DNA of 64,000 nucleotides from Phoronis australis. Taxonomy: Eukaryota; Animalia; Phoronida. The notes beneath the pieces were generated by a model. That model was given only the letters and a program-made list of their open reading frames with translations. It did no database searches and was not told the origin of the DNA. This document shows positions 1 to 12,615 of the stretch, piece by piece. The position numbers were made by a program, and so were the translations under genes. Positions within the stretch are counted from its first letter, which is position 1, and each line of letters starts with the position of its first letter. Location: contig NMRA01000280.1 in assembly GCA_002633005.1 (NCBI GenBank), positions 460,403 to 524,402 on the forward strand. Reading direction: 5' to 3'.

Positions 1-1740
1 AACGTGCTTTACTGTTTCCTCTTTTCTCCTATGAAAGAACAAGCTTTTTATTACAATTTTGCACCTCGGCCGAAACCAGGAAATCATCGACTCTTTTCGT
101 CCATTTCCTTGGCCTGAGCTCCCCGTACACCAGTTCAGGAACGATTCCTGAATGACGGCCATGTCGTCCTTATAAACAAATTGATAGCACTTGGGCGTAA
201 AACCGTTGTTATTTTGTTTGGTTGTTTTTGATTCACATTTTGGTTCTTATTTTTCAAATTTTCCAAAATGTTTAGCCATTTGTCTGCTTATGAAGTGTAT
301 GAACTGTAACTTGAAATGGTGAACAACTCACACTACTCGCAGCCAGCGCTGAAGTGCTCTAACTCATCACCACGTGACCGGGATTAGAATGTAAAACCAA
401 CTACCGGCAATTGCCGTGACTACGTACAGCGCGCGTCATAAGTTCACTTGGCAGCAAACTGACATCGACTTTGGTGGCTGTGAAAAATGTGATGGATGAA
501 AAAAAAGCATCTGCGCACATTGATTTTTTCAATAATTTTACATTTTTTTTCGAAATCAAAACTGTGATCCTCACCTGAATTACAATAACACGCACAGGTG
601 CTCGATTCTTACTACATGGGCAGCACAGCGACCGAATCTCCGAGAGTTGTCATGAAACATATCGCGGCGAAACGCACTTGCTAAATTGATTTTAAATTTT
701 ACTGTATTAGAAAAAAAGATATTAACATGAAAACGTTTACTGTCAGTATTCACCGTGGTCTAAGAATATCCATGTACACCCGCGGTTAATTAATCGAAAA
801 CGCAAACTAGCCAAACCGATGATGCTTAACGGGGAGGAATGTATAACACTCTGTTGCTTATTAGATAAATGTCTGCGATGGGAAACTATTCTAAGGTCAG
901 GAGCATGACGTAGTAATTTCTTTGTCTCACGAAGTTCAGCAATTCAAAGCCTGCAGGCAATTTTAATGGCACTTAAATGTGTCTCGCCTCTCGCTCCGTA
1001 GCCGTGCCAAGTTCCACCGGTGTTCCTGTAGTAACCTTTACGAACGACATCTGGCGCAATAAAAATTCCTTTCTTGTACTTTTAATCTCATCTATTAAAC
1101 TATACTAGGCAAGTATGTTCTTTTTGAAGTCATTGTGCCAGCAGTTGTATTATGAGAACTTTGCCGCGGCGCTCTGAGTCGGCGGGAAATTGGATGTGTG
1201 GATCAGTTATTGTATAAGCTGGTGAAAAGTGAAAGAAAACAACGAAAAGTGTCAGTATGCTGTGCCAATAATACAGGCAATCAAGAGCACGTTAAAAGAA
1301 AGTTAACAAACCCCACCTAAAGCAAAATGCCAAACTACAATGAAAATCAGGGGAGATTTTTTAAACACCGAGCTCCACCAGGAGAATATCAATAAAATAA
1401 CGGGAGAACACTTGCTGTCATTACTACTTGAAATATACCGAGAACTCCCGTATCTTAAGCAAACTCCAATGAGAAACAAAATAATGTGAAATAAGTAAGG
1501 AAATATGGTTCAATAAAGCGTTCAGCAAAAATGGCAGGTCGAAACGACGGGATTAAACCGGAATAGAAATTACGAGAGCGCTAGAGCGAAATAGCTACAA
1601 GAACGGAAGGGAACATAAACTTTAAAGCTATCATTGTAAGAAGTTAAAAAATTGCAGATACCTAAACAAATCCGATAAAAAGAACGGTGTCCATAATGGA
1701 AAAACGCTTAGCGACATCTGCTGAGATACTTAAAGACCTG

Positions 1741-2142
1741 GGCCCGGTCTCCAATCTTTTTACTCGAAATGGAACTCGAAATTAGGTTTGGCATTTTCTA
1801 CTCTACTTTTGGGCGAACTCAAGATAAGTGTCTATTATTCTATGGCCGAGTACACAATAACTTACGGAGATAATTTATTGCCCTTAGTTCACAGTTTGTA
1901 AACCCAAAATTAAAGCAATAAGTTCAAGTTTGAACTCGAAATTTCGATTTTTTTACTCGAGTTTGTAGCACGAATACAAGGGTCTTCAAGGGCAAACTTG
2001 AACTAGAACCTCCTATGCATAAACTATAATGTATTCGAGCACAGTCTGATAACCAATTATCTTAAGTTCGCACAAAAGGAACAGTGAAATTGCCAAAAAT
2101 AGTTTCGAGTTCGTTTCGAGTACAAAGATTAGAGACCGGGCC
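1741..2142. mobile_element. MITE, PIF/Harbinger-like (402 bp)
   Basis: ~45-bp imperfect TIRs (GGCCCGGTCTCCAATCTTTTTACTCGAAA... vs ...TTTCGAGTACAAAGATTAGAGACCGGGCC) flanked by a 3-bp CTG direct repeat (1738-1740, 2143-2145). Superfamily inferred from the 3-bp TSD and GG termini. Confidence 0.75.
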
Positions 2143-3851
2143 CTGGTCTCAAAATGCCCATGTGGTTCCAGTATCCGAAAATACTTACTACATAAAATCT
2201 TATTTTCGACACCCTTTCTTTATATTCTTTTCGCCTTTCTTGCCAAAAGCGATTTTTAAACAGTTTTTGACCCTTCTCTGTGAGCGTATAATTACCGGCT
2301 GTCCTCGGTTATCTCCGTACCCACATTTCCGGCTCATCAGTTCAGGAACTTGTCCTGAACGCCGCCATTTTTTCCTTGTAACTGAATGTGCTATCGCTTG
2401 CTCGAAAAGTCTTCATTATTTTGTTTCATTAGTAATATCTCGTGATTCGTTTGCATATGTAGTGTATTTATAGTTTGTAGTTAGTGGTCATTAAATTTTT
2501 TAGAATGTTACGCGTACTTAGTATGTTAAAATAGCATTGGTGTTTAGTTCCTTACGTAGGCCGGTCGAACCTAGGAACCAATATGGGTCGAACCAAATTT
2601 TTTTTCGTTTTGATTTTTTTCTCGTTTTAAAAAGTACTATGATATCATCGGAAAGGTAGTGCATTCTACTCAGTAAAAATCGGAAAAGTATCAAAATCGG
2701 GGCAAGCATTGTAAAGTTATTGCAAGTTTTGTGGCGAAATTTGCCGGGGTCACTTTGTTTGGATCGCTTCGGCCATATTGGAGGACAGCGGGATAAGTTA
2801 CGAGTTTAAAACTTTGTGTAAATTGTTTTCGCCAACAAATTACGGTGAAATTTAGTTAGACATATCTTTACTTACTATTCTGCACGATTCAACAGTGTTC
2901 ACCAAATTTCAGCCTCGCAGTTGTTACTCATTAAGTGATAAATGTGCTCACAATTCTCGTTGGACTTCATCTCGTTTCTGGCGGCACCGAAAACATGGCG
3001 ACTTTTACTGAACTGAAAGGCATGTTCAATCGGCTACTTCGTAATTTGTGAAGATTTAACGTTGATACATGTTGACAAACGTTGCTACAAAAAAGGAACT
3101 TTGTTCAATTTTTGTGTTTTTGTACAAAAATATAAGATATGTTCGAATTATTTTACTGTAAATTTCCCATTCAGGTGATCTTACACTGAGCTAAAAAAAT
3201 AGTTGAAATAATTTTGAAATTGTTTTGTGTTTGACTGTCAACTGCTGTTCAAGGCTTGATTCGGTGTCACAAAATGATTCATATTTTTCTAAATTTTAAG
3301 TCTCAGTTGCTTTCAAGTCATGTTTAGTAACTTATTGCTTCTTAATTCAGGTTATCAAGTCAACAATATGAATAATCTTAATTTGAGAAATAAGCTATGT
3401 TGGATTGTGAAGCTTGAAACCTCCAATTCTTGTTCCTTGCAACTTCATATCTTTTAATCATGCTTGTCAAATTCTGGTGTAAGGAAACACTATTCAGTCA
3501 CCATGGTAATAGTTACATGTATGTCCACTTTCATATCATGGAAACTTTTGCTGTTGAATAGTGTTTGTAATGCTAAATGTTGTAAAGTAATGTGCATTTT
3601 AAGTTACTTATTATGTTAAAAGTTTGATTCATTTTGGCTTAATGAATAAAAAATGATAACATTTTGTATTGGACTTGTCATACTTATGTGCTCGAACGAG
3701 CCTCCTATTTGGAGAAATGGAAAAAGGTCTGCCTCAGTCAGAGAAGCACGAACTCCGAAAAAAGTTAAAAACGAGACGATATTCCACTAGAAGACAGAAA
3801 GTACCCAGTGAATCTTATAGTAAAAGATAGACATTCTCAAAAATCCCAGCC

Positions 3852-3999
3852 CAGTAGCGGATTTACGGGGGGGCCATGGCACCCCCTAAAATTCTCCCAG
3901 ATTATATTTGGCAGTTCGGGGGTGCGAATGTCTGACGGGAAAATCCTGGCTAATACTCTGTCCTGCCCCCCCCAACTCAAAATCCTGGATCCGCTCCTG
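3852..3999. mobile_element. Short hAT-like non-autonomous element with apparent 5-bp TSD
   Basis: Termini CAGTAGCGGAT / ATCCGCTCCTG, internal G/C runs, CAGCC present on both flanks. Confidence 0.55.
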
Positions 4000-5199
4000 C
4001 AGCCCCCCATTTTTAACGCTTGGTGCGCTCATGCAAAGTCTGGGAAAATCTCTGTTGAAAGCCAACCAACTTTGCACAGTTCGCCAGAAGTACCCAAGTT
4101 CTAAATAAACCTCGTTTGAGCGAGCGCTGTTGCCAGCGACCAGGTAGGCCTAAGTGTAACCTTGGCCCAAAGCTGTATGGCCTACTAACAAGCTAACTGT
4201 ATTTTGACGGTAGTTTTCATACTGGTAGCTGGCACTGAGGCTAGCTAAGGGCTGCCGCGGCAGTGTGACACGGCAGGATTAAACAGTCCGTAATTTTATG
4301 AAAGTATCTGAAACTACCTTTGAATATATATACGGCATTTATGATTTGAACCTTTTACTTCGACAAAACAGTTTGAAACCGCATGCCTTTACAGTTCGCC
4401 TGTGTCTTGTCTCGATCCGCACCGGGTCCGATAGGCTGCGGTCTCGAGTCCGGCAAAATAATTTCTATCAAAATTTATTCGCCACATTTCTTCAGCAAAT
4501 TCGATAAAATTGTCCGTATTTTGATTTTATTAAAATTAAGGCGCGATGTCGATTATTTTATCCCCGTTTGCACGCTGGTAACAGGCACTCGTCCATTCAC
4601 ACTGACTGCGTTTTCTTAGCGGCCTAGCCTGGGTTCCTGAATGAATTGTACTTTCGGGTTCGCGGCAAGTTCAAAAAAGCCGTCGTTCTTCGGGTGCGAA
4701 TCGTGAGTGGGGCGTTCATTTAAACTTTTTTGGAGTACGGATCGTGTATTAGTTATGGGGTAGGTACTTCTTGGATCCTTATAACATCCTCTAACCATGT
4801 AATAAGGGTAAACAACGCGTGCGACCAGGTCTTTAAAGTTAATCTCTGTGAGGGAGAGTACGTGACAAGACAATCGGTAATTTTATCATGCTAAAGTAGG
4901 AGTCTATCCTCGCCTTGAGTTTTCACATTCTACGCCCACTGATGATAGTGTTTACACCTGATTGTATATTGAGGGTACGTACTGTGTGTATTTTTGCCAT
5001 ATAATCGCAAATACACCCGGTGTAAAGCTACACTCGTGCGTGTGATTGTATCACCTCAAAGGTCGTGTAGAGGTTAATTTACACACGAGCAAATGTACTC
5101 CTGGCGCATGTGAATGCAATTTACCACAAGTGTAAAAGCAAGATCAATCGCAAGAGGTGTCATTTACTAAATTATTTCTGTGATCACATCTCTTCTTAA

Positions 5200-5815
5200 A
5201 GAGGCCTGGAACGCGCAAAACAGACTAGAAAAATGATCTTTCAACTTCTCATCACTTCTTCGATTTTACTCCCTCAAGGCAAAGCACGTCTCCTGATTTG
5301 GTATAGCGAGACATAGACGTGGCACATTTCCCTTATATAGAAAATGCGACCTTTGACCTTCGATGTTAACAAAACAATGGCGATTTGAAGCAGCGGCCAG
5401 TCCGATTAAGAATCAATTCATGTAAGTCCTAACTGTTTACAAGGTATCGTAGTATTCGAATATATTCTAAAATGCACTTGGAATTATTGTTTTTTGGAAA
5501 ATTGCTTGCTTCTCTGGCTTGCCTCATACTAGGTTGTCGACCTCATATTCGGAGTGCGATCACACATGATCATCTGCAGCCGTTAATATCCATGTTGTCA
5601 GCCAGCACATGCGCGCATTTATCATAGACCAGAGAGACTAGAAACTTGGTGGTGCCTACAGAGTTTCTCCTTCGCGCGTATTTGAAAAATCTTGAATTTA
5701 TGGACTTTCCTACACGGGGAAAAGTGAATAACTCTGTAGAACACGTTACGATATGGTACTTTCGTCATGAATTGCTTAAAAGACACTTGTGACGCGTTTC
5801 GCATTCAATACCTCT
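5200..5815. mobile_element. Kolobok-like MITE (TTAA TSD)
   Basis: TTAA|AGAGGCCTGGAACGCG ... CGCATTCAATACCTCT|TTAA. TTAA TSD with RR termini is Kolobok-like. Confidence 0.6.
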
Positions 5816-5840
5816 TTAAATCAACAACACTCCCTTTTAA

Positions 5841-6215
5841 AGTGGCATAGAACGTGGAAAACAGACTAAATTGCAGTATTCAAAATGATTTTCTGTCGAT
5901 GAAACAGAGGTCAAACTGTTCACTAGGTATTTTTGCGCTTTGTTCGTAAAGATTTTGAATTTCTATTGATGCCAAAGCATTTTCCCTTTAGTTTCCAATT
6001 TCAAAAAAAGAACCTGTCAACTCGCCACTTCGTCGATTTTTCTCCCACACGGCAAAGCACCTCTCCTTATTTGATATGGCAAGACATGGACATAACAGAA
6101 TTCCCTTATATGGAACATTTGACCTTTGGTGTTAACCAAACAAAGGCGATTTCAAGCAGACACACTCCGATAAATACCCGAGCTCCAGAGACACCGAGAT
6201 TCAAGTCAATTGTTC
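5841..6215. mobile_element. Truncated, diverged second copy of the 5200-5815 MITE family
   Basis: Starts TTAA|AGTGGCATAGAACG. 6028-6135 aligns by eye with 5256-5375 (GGCAAAGCAC..TCTCCT..TTCCCTTATAT..GACCTTTG). Right end not found. Confidence 0.5.
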
Positions 6216-6759
6216 TACAAGAATCTTCTATACACTGACACACTTTGCTTGTGTCGAATTGGCTGAAAAATATATAGAATACAGATTGTAAATAATGCGT
6301 TCTTTTTCCGCATAGAAACGCAACGTAAATGTACTAGAAGCATTGCTGAACGACAACCGTCACCTGTGAAAAACAGCATTTATGCCATTCCAACCTGTGC
6401 AAAAGTAGGCCGTTTTGAAGTCAATGGCAGGCGACCCTTCTGTTCCTTTTTTGTTGTTAATGACTTGTACCAACTGCCGTCATGGCAAGGAGTAGTTTAC
6501 GTCATATTTGAGAGACTTTATTTGATGATCATTCAGGTGACGTGACAAAAGGGAATGAAATGCACCTTTATTTTTTACAGCTCAAACTCATCTCTCTCAA
6601 ACATTGTACGACTGCTTTTTTTCCACGACCTTTGGTATTTGTGTGAAACCTGATTGTTGTATGGTCTTGAGAATTAAGATATTTTAGTCTCAAATATGAC
6701 CAGTTAACGTATTTGTTATTTTCATTAAGTAATGTTGGTTATTGTTTCAGTTCTTCAAC

Positions 6760-9375
6760 ATGCCGCCAAGAGCGCAGTTGGTGTTCCTATTTCTCTCCCT
6801 GGCTCCACCTAGTGTCCAAAGTTGGAACAGGCAGTCGTCTTCATGGTCCAACTGTTCATTAACACAAGACTACGAAGATGTCATATTTGATTGTACAGGG
6901 AAGGGTCTTTCCACCATACCGAGAAATCTTCCGAGCAATGCAACAGTCTTGATACTGAGACGCAACAGCATCACATCGATACCGGCGAACATTTTCGGTA
7001 AAATGACTAAGTTAAGGTTGCTAGACATTTCAAATAACAATAAAACGATTTCTTTGGATCACAACAGTCTGCGAGGACTGGTCAACTTGAGAACGCTGAC
7101 TCTTCAAAACGTCGCTGGCCTTTCTCTGGGATGTGGAGAATCTCGACCTTTCCGACACGTGCCATTTCTCGAAAACTTGAACTTGAAGGACACCGACAAT
7201 TTTGACTCCGACTGTCTGAACAATGCATTATATGACTTGTCTAACCTACGAACCTTTGCTGTACCCTGGCCAGTTTCCCCTTTACCTGATAATTTTTCTT
7301 TTCTCAAGTCTTTGGACGTTTTAGACTTGTCAAGATCAACGTTGAATCTGACTTTCGACACTTTTAAAGCATTGTCAAATCTTTCAGTTTCGCGATTATC
7401 TTTACAGAAGGTTGATGTTCCTCTATTTTCTGACATGAACACTTTAGATCCTGTTTTGCCCACTTTGAGAGTACTGGATCTGACATGCACTGCCTTTCCA
7501 GCAAAAACTAATATATTTTCGCCTTTTATTACTGGTTTACAAAATTCGAGCTTGCATACCCTAATTTTAGATAAAGTACACAGCGGCGACGGCGTGAACC
7601 CAGTCGTATCAGCTGAACAGTTTCAACCATTGAAAAATGTCCCTTTAAAAGCACTGTCTCTGAGGCAAAATTCAATAACTACGTATAATCCTTTTTTGCG
7701 TTACTTACGACATTTGGAGTATTTAAACTTGGATTACAATGTATTTATACCTACTCCAATGACGCATAACCAGGCATTCAAACTTTTTATTGATGTTTTG
7801 GCGACAAAGCATCTTAAAGAGGTTAGTATTTCAAACATGAACTGGCACATAAGAGATATGTACTTGTGCGATCAACAAAATCCTTTATTTCATGGCAATT
7901 TTGGTAATGATGAAGAAGGCAAAACTTCGTTTAACCTGCATTCGCTTCATGGAAATTCTGGTTTTGTGATAAAAGGTTACTTGTCAGTGGAAGTACTTCA
8001 CCTCTCAAACATTGGAGTGATGTTTTACGACACAAAAAAATTATTCATAAACGTGTCTGACATAATTGTAGGGCAACACACCAAGTCTGCGCGATATCAA
8101 CTTACGAATTATGTGAGGTTTCTCAATCTTTCTCATAATTTCATCGGCAGAATTGAGACTGTGTTTTACGGCCTAGACTCGTTACGAATTGTGGACATCA
8201 GCCATAACAAATTAGAGCACGTTCACTCACTGTTATTTAGAAATATTTTGAAATTAGAGAAACTTTTTATCTCTAACAACAGGATCGGTTTATTTACAAG
8301 TCCCGAGGAATTAGCGACAACTTTCAGTCATCTTTCTGCAATAGAGCTAATTGATTTGTCGGCCAACCAACTAACAACTGTTACCAGTGGAATGTTTGAA
8401 AACTGTTTGCGTTTACACACAGTACTGTTACAAAGAAATAACATTGCAGTCGTCGATGCCACGTTCAAGAAATTACCATTCATTAAGCTCATGGACCTCG
8501 GGCATAACTATATTAAGAAGTTCTCTTTTGAACAAGTAGAGGATCTCAAAAAGTCGAACTTGACCTTGCGGTTAACTGGTAACTTGGGTTTTGAGTGTTC
8601 GTGCAAGACTGTTGATTTTATTACATGGATTCAGGCACCTGGAACTTCCAGTAACGTTATTGAGAATAAAAAGGACCTCAAATGCGCAAGTCCAGACGGA
8701 ACCCATCAGCGGGTTGTGGAAGTTAGTCTGCAGGGTCTTGGCTTGTACTGTGTACAGAACGCTCTCATCATATCATCCGCAGTAGTGTCCGCTATGGGCA
8801 TATGCGTTGCAGTAGTGATCTGGAGACATAAGTGGACAATCAAATACTGGATGTATCTCTTGAAACTCAGGAGACGAGGCATACAAGTTAGGGACCGAAT
8901 AAGGCCACGCCACGCCTATATCTCTGCCACCGATGATGATTTGGAGAAAGCCAACATGATCTTTCAACAAATAGAAGACAAACTCGGAGAGAATTCTGTG
9001 TTTTGGAAGCACAGAGACACGGTACCCGGCAGAAGTACTTTTGATGAAATATTCCGTGGAGTTGAAGAAAGTCGGAAAGTCATTCTCTGTATAACACAAT
9101 CGTATTCCACTTGTACTGACCAAAACTTTGAAGTTGAAATGAGTTTTGCACGTGGTAAAGGTTTCATTATCCCTGTACTGATTGGTGACGTTCCATTAGA
9201 GCGGTTGCCAAGACCGCTACGCCGTCTTCTTCGAGACGATATCTACTTAGAGTGGCCAAATAATGTTGCCGAAATGCCAAATTTCTGGGTATCACTACAC
9301 GAAGCAGTCATGACGCAAAAAGGGGTGATCATCAGAAAAAACGGTAGGATTTTCTATTTATATGAAGATAAATAA
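6760..9375 (+). CDS. Toll-like receptor (signal peptide, LRRNT, LRRs, LRRCT, TM, TIR), single coding exon, 871 aa
   Basis: First ATG at 6760 follows a likely acceptor (TTGTTTCAG, 6750). Hydrophobic N-terminus; LRRNT (DCTGKGLSTIP); many LxxLxLxxNxI repeats; LRRCT (NLGFECSC...LKCASP...C); TM ALIISSAVVSAMGICVAVVIW; TIR with HRDTVPG BB loop, SRKVILC and LEWP...FW box 3. Confidence 0.95.
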   Translation: MPPRAQLVFLFLSLAPPSVQSWNRQSSSWSNCSLTQDYEDVIFDCTGKGLSTIPRNLPSNATVLILRRNSITSIPANIFGKMTKLRLLDISNNNKTISLDHNSLRGLVNLRTLTLQNVAGLSLGCGESRPFRHVPFLENLNLKDTDNFDSDCLNNALYDLSNLRTFAVPWPVSPLPDNFSFLKSLDVLDLSRSTLNLTFDTFKALSNLSVSRLSLQKVDVPLFSDMNTLDPVLPTLRVLDLTCTAFPAKTNIFSPFITGLQNSSLHTLILDKVHSGDGVNPVVSAEQFQPLKNVPLKALSLRQNSITTYNPFLRYLRHLEYLNLDYNVFIPTPMTHNQAFKLFIDVLATKHLKEVSISNMNWHIRDMYLCDQQNPLFHGNFGNDEEGKTSFNLHSLHGNSGFVIKGYLSVEVLHLSNIGVMFYDTKKLFINVSDIIVGQHTKSARYQLTNYVRFLNLSHNFIGRIETVFYGLDSLRIVDISHNKLEHVHSLLFRNILKLEKLFISNNRIGLFTSPEELATTFSHLSAIELIDLSANQLTTVTSGMFENCLRLHTVLLQRNNIAVVDATFKKLPFIKLMDLGHNYIKKFSFEQVEDLKKSNLTLRLTGNLGFECSCKTVDFITWIQAPGTSSNVIENKKDLKCASPDGTHQRVVEVSLQGLGLYCVQNALIISSAVVSAMGICVAVVIWRHKWTIKYWMYLLKLRRRGIQVRDRIRPRHAYISATDDDLEKANMIFQQIEDKLGENSVFWKHRDTVPGRSTFDEIFRGVEESRKVILCITQSYSTCTDQNFEVEMSFARGKGFIIPVLIGDVPLERLPRPLRRLLRDDIYLEWPNNVAEMPNFWVSLHEAVMTQKGVIIRKNGRIFYLYEDK

Positions 9376-10625
9376 CCCATTCTGTTCCCGTATGAACGTA
9401 CTGTTGCTTTAAGCTGGGTTGCGCTCCATAGATTGCAAGACATTCACTTGCACCAGCGACGAAAATTTTTCGTTTATGGAACAGAAACACTGAATTGAGT
9501 TCAGTGGCATAATGCAACACCCCAACTTCGTCGAACCGAATCACTTCATTGGCCGCCATTTTGCAGGCCCGGCAATGAGGGCTAATAAGCTCCCAAACAC
9601 AAACGCGACACTCGTTTTTCATACAGGTGATTTTGCGAGGTCTTACGAGATCTCGCTTTTCTCGCGCGAAACTAGGCCCTTAATGAGTGCAAGGATCTCA
9701 CTCACCTCGAGTTTAAATGTTAATGTTCTTGTTTGAGGGCGCTTCTGCACGATGTCCCGAAACACTTATTACATAAAATTTACAATAACTGACATATTAA
9801 AATAATATATTATAACGTTATCGGAAAGTGGTCTTTAAAAATGAACATTATATATCAGGATGCCCAATCTCCTACGATCCCCCGGTTACCCGTCAAAAAT
9901 CTGCGAGCATGCCCTCGGAACTTGCTGATAATATTTCGTTTTGATAAACAAATTCGTTGGTTTCTATTTTACTTGTTTATGTGTCTACGAAAATCGATAG
10001 ATTCATAGATGATTTTTGACAATTAGAAGCTAATCTTGTAAGAATTGGTGATATGTCAATGAATTTAATTGCAGCCTAAAGTTGGAAAAACTATGTAATC
10101 CGATCCACAAATTGTAAAGTACACTTTGAAGATTTTTGCCTACCTAAAATAACTCTTAAAGACATAATGATTGATGAAATTCAGACTCACAAACTGCAGA
10201 TCGAAAAAAGTTTTAAAAGTCCTTAAATAAATAAAATAGAAAGGAGTATTTGCATGGCTCACTTTTACATGAGCAAATGTTGGTAACTAAAAACACACTT
10301 TTAATTCATTGCAAGGCGCTGCTGGTTTAGGATCCTTTTCCTGTTGCGTTGTTTTGTCACGGCTTGTTATTTTCTTTCAGGAAACGTTTTCTTCTACGGA
10401 GATTAGATACACTCGCCCCGACAAACGGAATGCGTTTACTAAACCTGGGTTGCTATCTGTGAGCGCAAGAATCTGAAAACAGTGTGAGCCTTCGCAAGAT
10501 ATCACTATGCAAGAATAATGTGACCACACATACAGCTTTTCTCGCGAGTGTTTTGCGTCTTCGAAGGGCTGTCCTGTACTTACCTTCCACTGTGAAATGG
10601 ATAGACTCTGATAGCATATTATATA

Positions 10626-10698
10626 TGTGTGTGTGTGTGTGTGTTTGTGTGTGTGTGTNNNNNNNNNNNNNNNNNNNNNNNNNNNNNNNNNNNNNGCA

Positions 10699-10762
<64 letters not shown>
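10626..10762. repeat. (GT)n microsatellite spanning an N gap
   Basis: Direct reading of the GT run on both sides of the N block. Confidence 0.95.
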
Positions 10763-10764
<2 letters not shown>

Positions 10765-12069
10765 CATGTTTGTTTGTATTTTGTCACATCATGAAGGCCG
10801 GTTTTGCGTGCATCTTCAGAGAGTGTTTTAAATACTTCGTCACATTATCAGATCTATTCTACTGTCCGTCGTTAATACACAACATTAATCAACCTTATTT
10901 ATCGTAATCTGTTTTACCCGGGGTACGTGACGAGCTATGTTGCAGAGTAAACAAGATGAGGATTGCGAATAAAGTCATTTATTATGACGTAAGAAAAAGA
11001 AATGAAGACTGCAACATGGGCATGGAAAATACGCCACCGGCGTGTACATAGAAATGCTCTTAATAATGGAACAAAAATAAAAGAATTAAAAAAAGCCTGA
11101 AGGTCATAACAGAAAATGTACAAAGAGAAGAATAAAGACCAAAAAAAAGCCTGAAGGTCAACAGATAGTGACTAAGAAAATGGAGGGACCTTATTTTCGG
11201 CTTCCTTTTTACGAAGAACTGGCTTCACACCTCACCGTATGCAAATGTGAACGACATCAATACAAATACACTTCTAGTATAACTCCATGTCGGAGTTTTA
11301 TACTTATGTAAAAATAGTTTAAAAAATTCAGTACTCAAAGATCATGTATGTGCTGCTTCATCAGTGCGCCTCAAATGCTAATTACACAAACACACTAGCT
11401 ATACTAGCATCCTTTAACCTTTACCATGTTTTTTTTGTGAGGGACATGTTTGAAAAAATGATAAAATATAAATGTACGTATATGCGATAATCACAAAACG
11501 TACTTCTTCAGTTTTTTCCATGTATCTTTTTCTTTGAAATTTACTGGTTATAAAGAATTCAAACTGTTTTTTCGATATATTTAGTACTCAAATTAGATCG
11601 CTTACAGAATTCTCCGAAGAGAATTGAAGGTTAATGAGATGTTCTTGAGCGTTGAACGAACCACTCATTTGAACCAGTGACTATGTCTGGAAAACCTTTT
11701 CTTCTCGTGAGCTGCAACTTTAACAACTGTCTTTTCAGCTGGCTTTTGGTCTTTCCTTTTTTGCGTTTACTTGGGGAGTGATATGGGCCTTTGAATTCCC
11801 CTGCCGGTTGGTTTTAATTCTTAGCCATGCAAGTTTACTAACTTGGGAAACCCCAGCTGCTTTTATTAGAAATTAAGGCCACTCCCATGATATCGATCTG
11901 TCTCTTTCTTTCAGCATTATAACAAGATACACAATCAAATTTCAATTCAGTGTGTTCCAGCCATGGCTACCTTTTCTCAAATCTGTCCCCTGGTCTAATT
12001 CCACAAGCCTGGCATCTTGACCATCCATTGTTTGGATCATCTGCAGGTATTTCAATTTCTAGCGCAGAG

Positions 12070-12615
12070 GCATTTTAGACCGGCAGCCCAAAACACTTAG
12101 CATAGATGAACGAGGCAGTGGTGGACTTAAAGGGGGGGGGGGGGGNNNNNNNNNNNNNNNNNNNNNNNNNNNNNNNNNNNNNNNNNNNNNNNNNNNNNNN
12201 NNNNNNNNNNNNNNNNNNNNNNNNNNNNNNNNNNNNNNNNNNNNNNNNNNNNNNNNNNNNNNNNNNCCAACGTCTGACCATAGGAGCACTTAGAGCCGAC
12301 CTCAGTGTATACAGAAATGACCGGGGTCTTTCTTTGGGTTTCTGACGGACCTTTTCCATAGTGCAATTTGTCTGTCATGGGTCATTCGGTGCAGTACTAT
12401 TGCTCGTTTAAATCAGTTTTGGACGATACCTCGAATATCCAATTTAGCTCATTTTTGGTACCCTTGTAAGGTCCCTAGGGGTCACACCCAGAGTGCAGAC
12501 AACGGCAGACGTCCATTTCCGTATATATTGAAGTAGACTCTAAGTGCTGTTATGGTCAAATGTTGGTACCTGTTAATCTATGATAAATGCTCTGGGCTGC
12601 AGGTCTAAGTATGCG
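12070..12615. mobile_element. Degenerate palindromic MITE-like element interrupted by a poly-G run and N gap
   Basis: 12070-12115 is the reverse complement of ~12566-12615, and 12267-12322 is the reverse complement of ~12511-12566. Confidence 0.55.

Noticed and set aside
1224-1235. IRF/ISRE-like GAAAAGTGAAAG upstream of the TLR
   Set aside because: A single purine-rich motif 5.5 kb away, with the TSS unknown; plausible by chance.
7104-9167. Antisense and alternative-frame ORFs within the TLR (likewise within the ITIH-like gene)
   Set aside because: Shadow frames of long real CDSs with no recognisable motifs.
10377-10831. ORFs with THTHTH/VCVCVC runs
   Set aside because: Translations of the (GT)n microsatellite and N gap.
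12059-12378. ORFs full of X
   Set aside because: Artefacts of the N gap and poly-G run.
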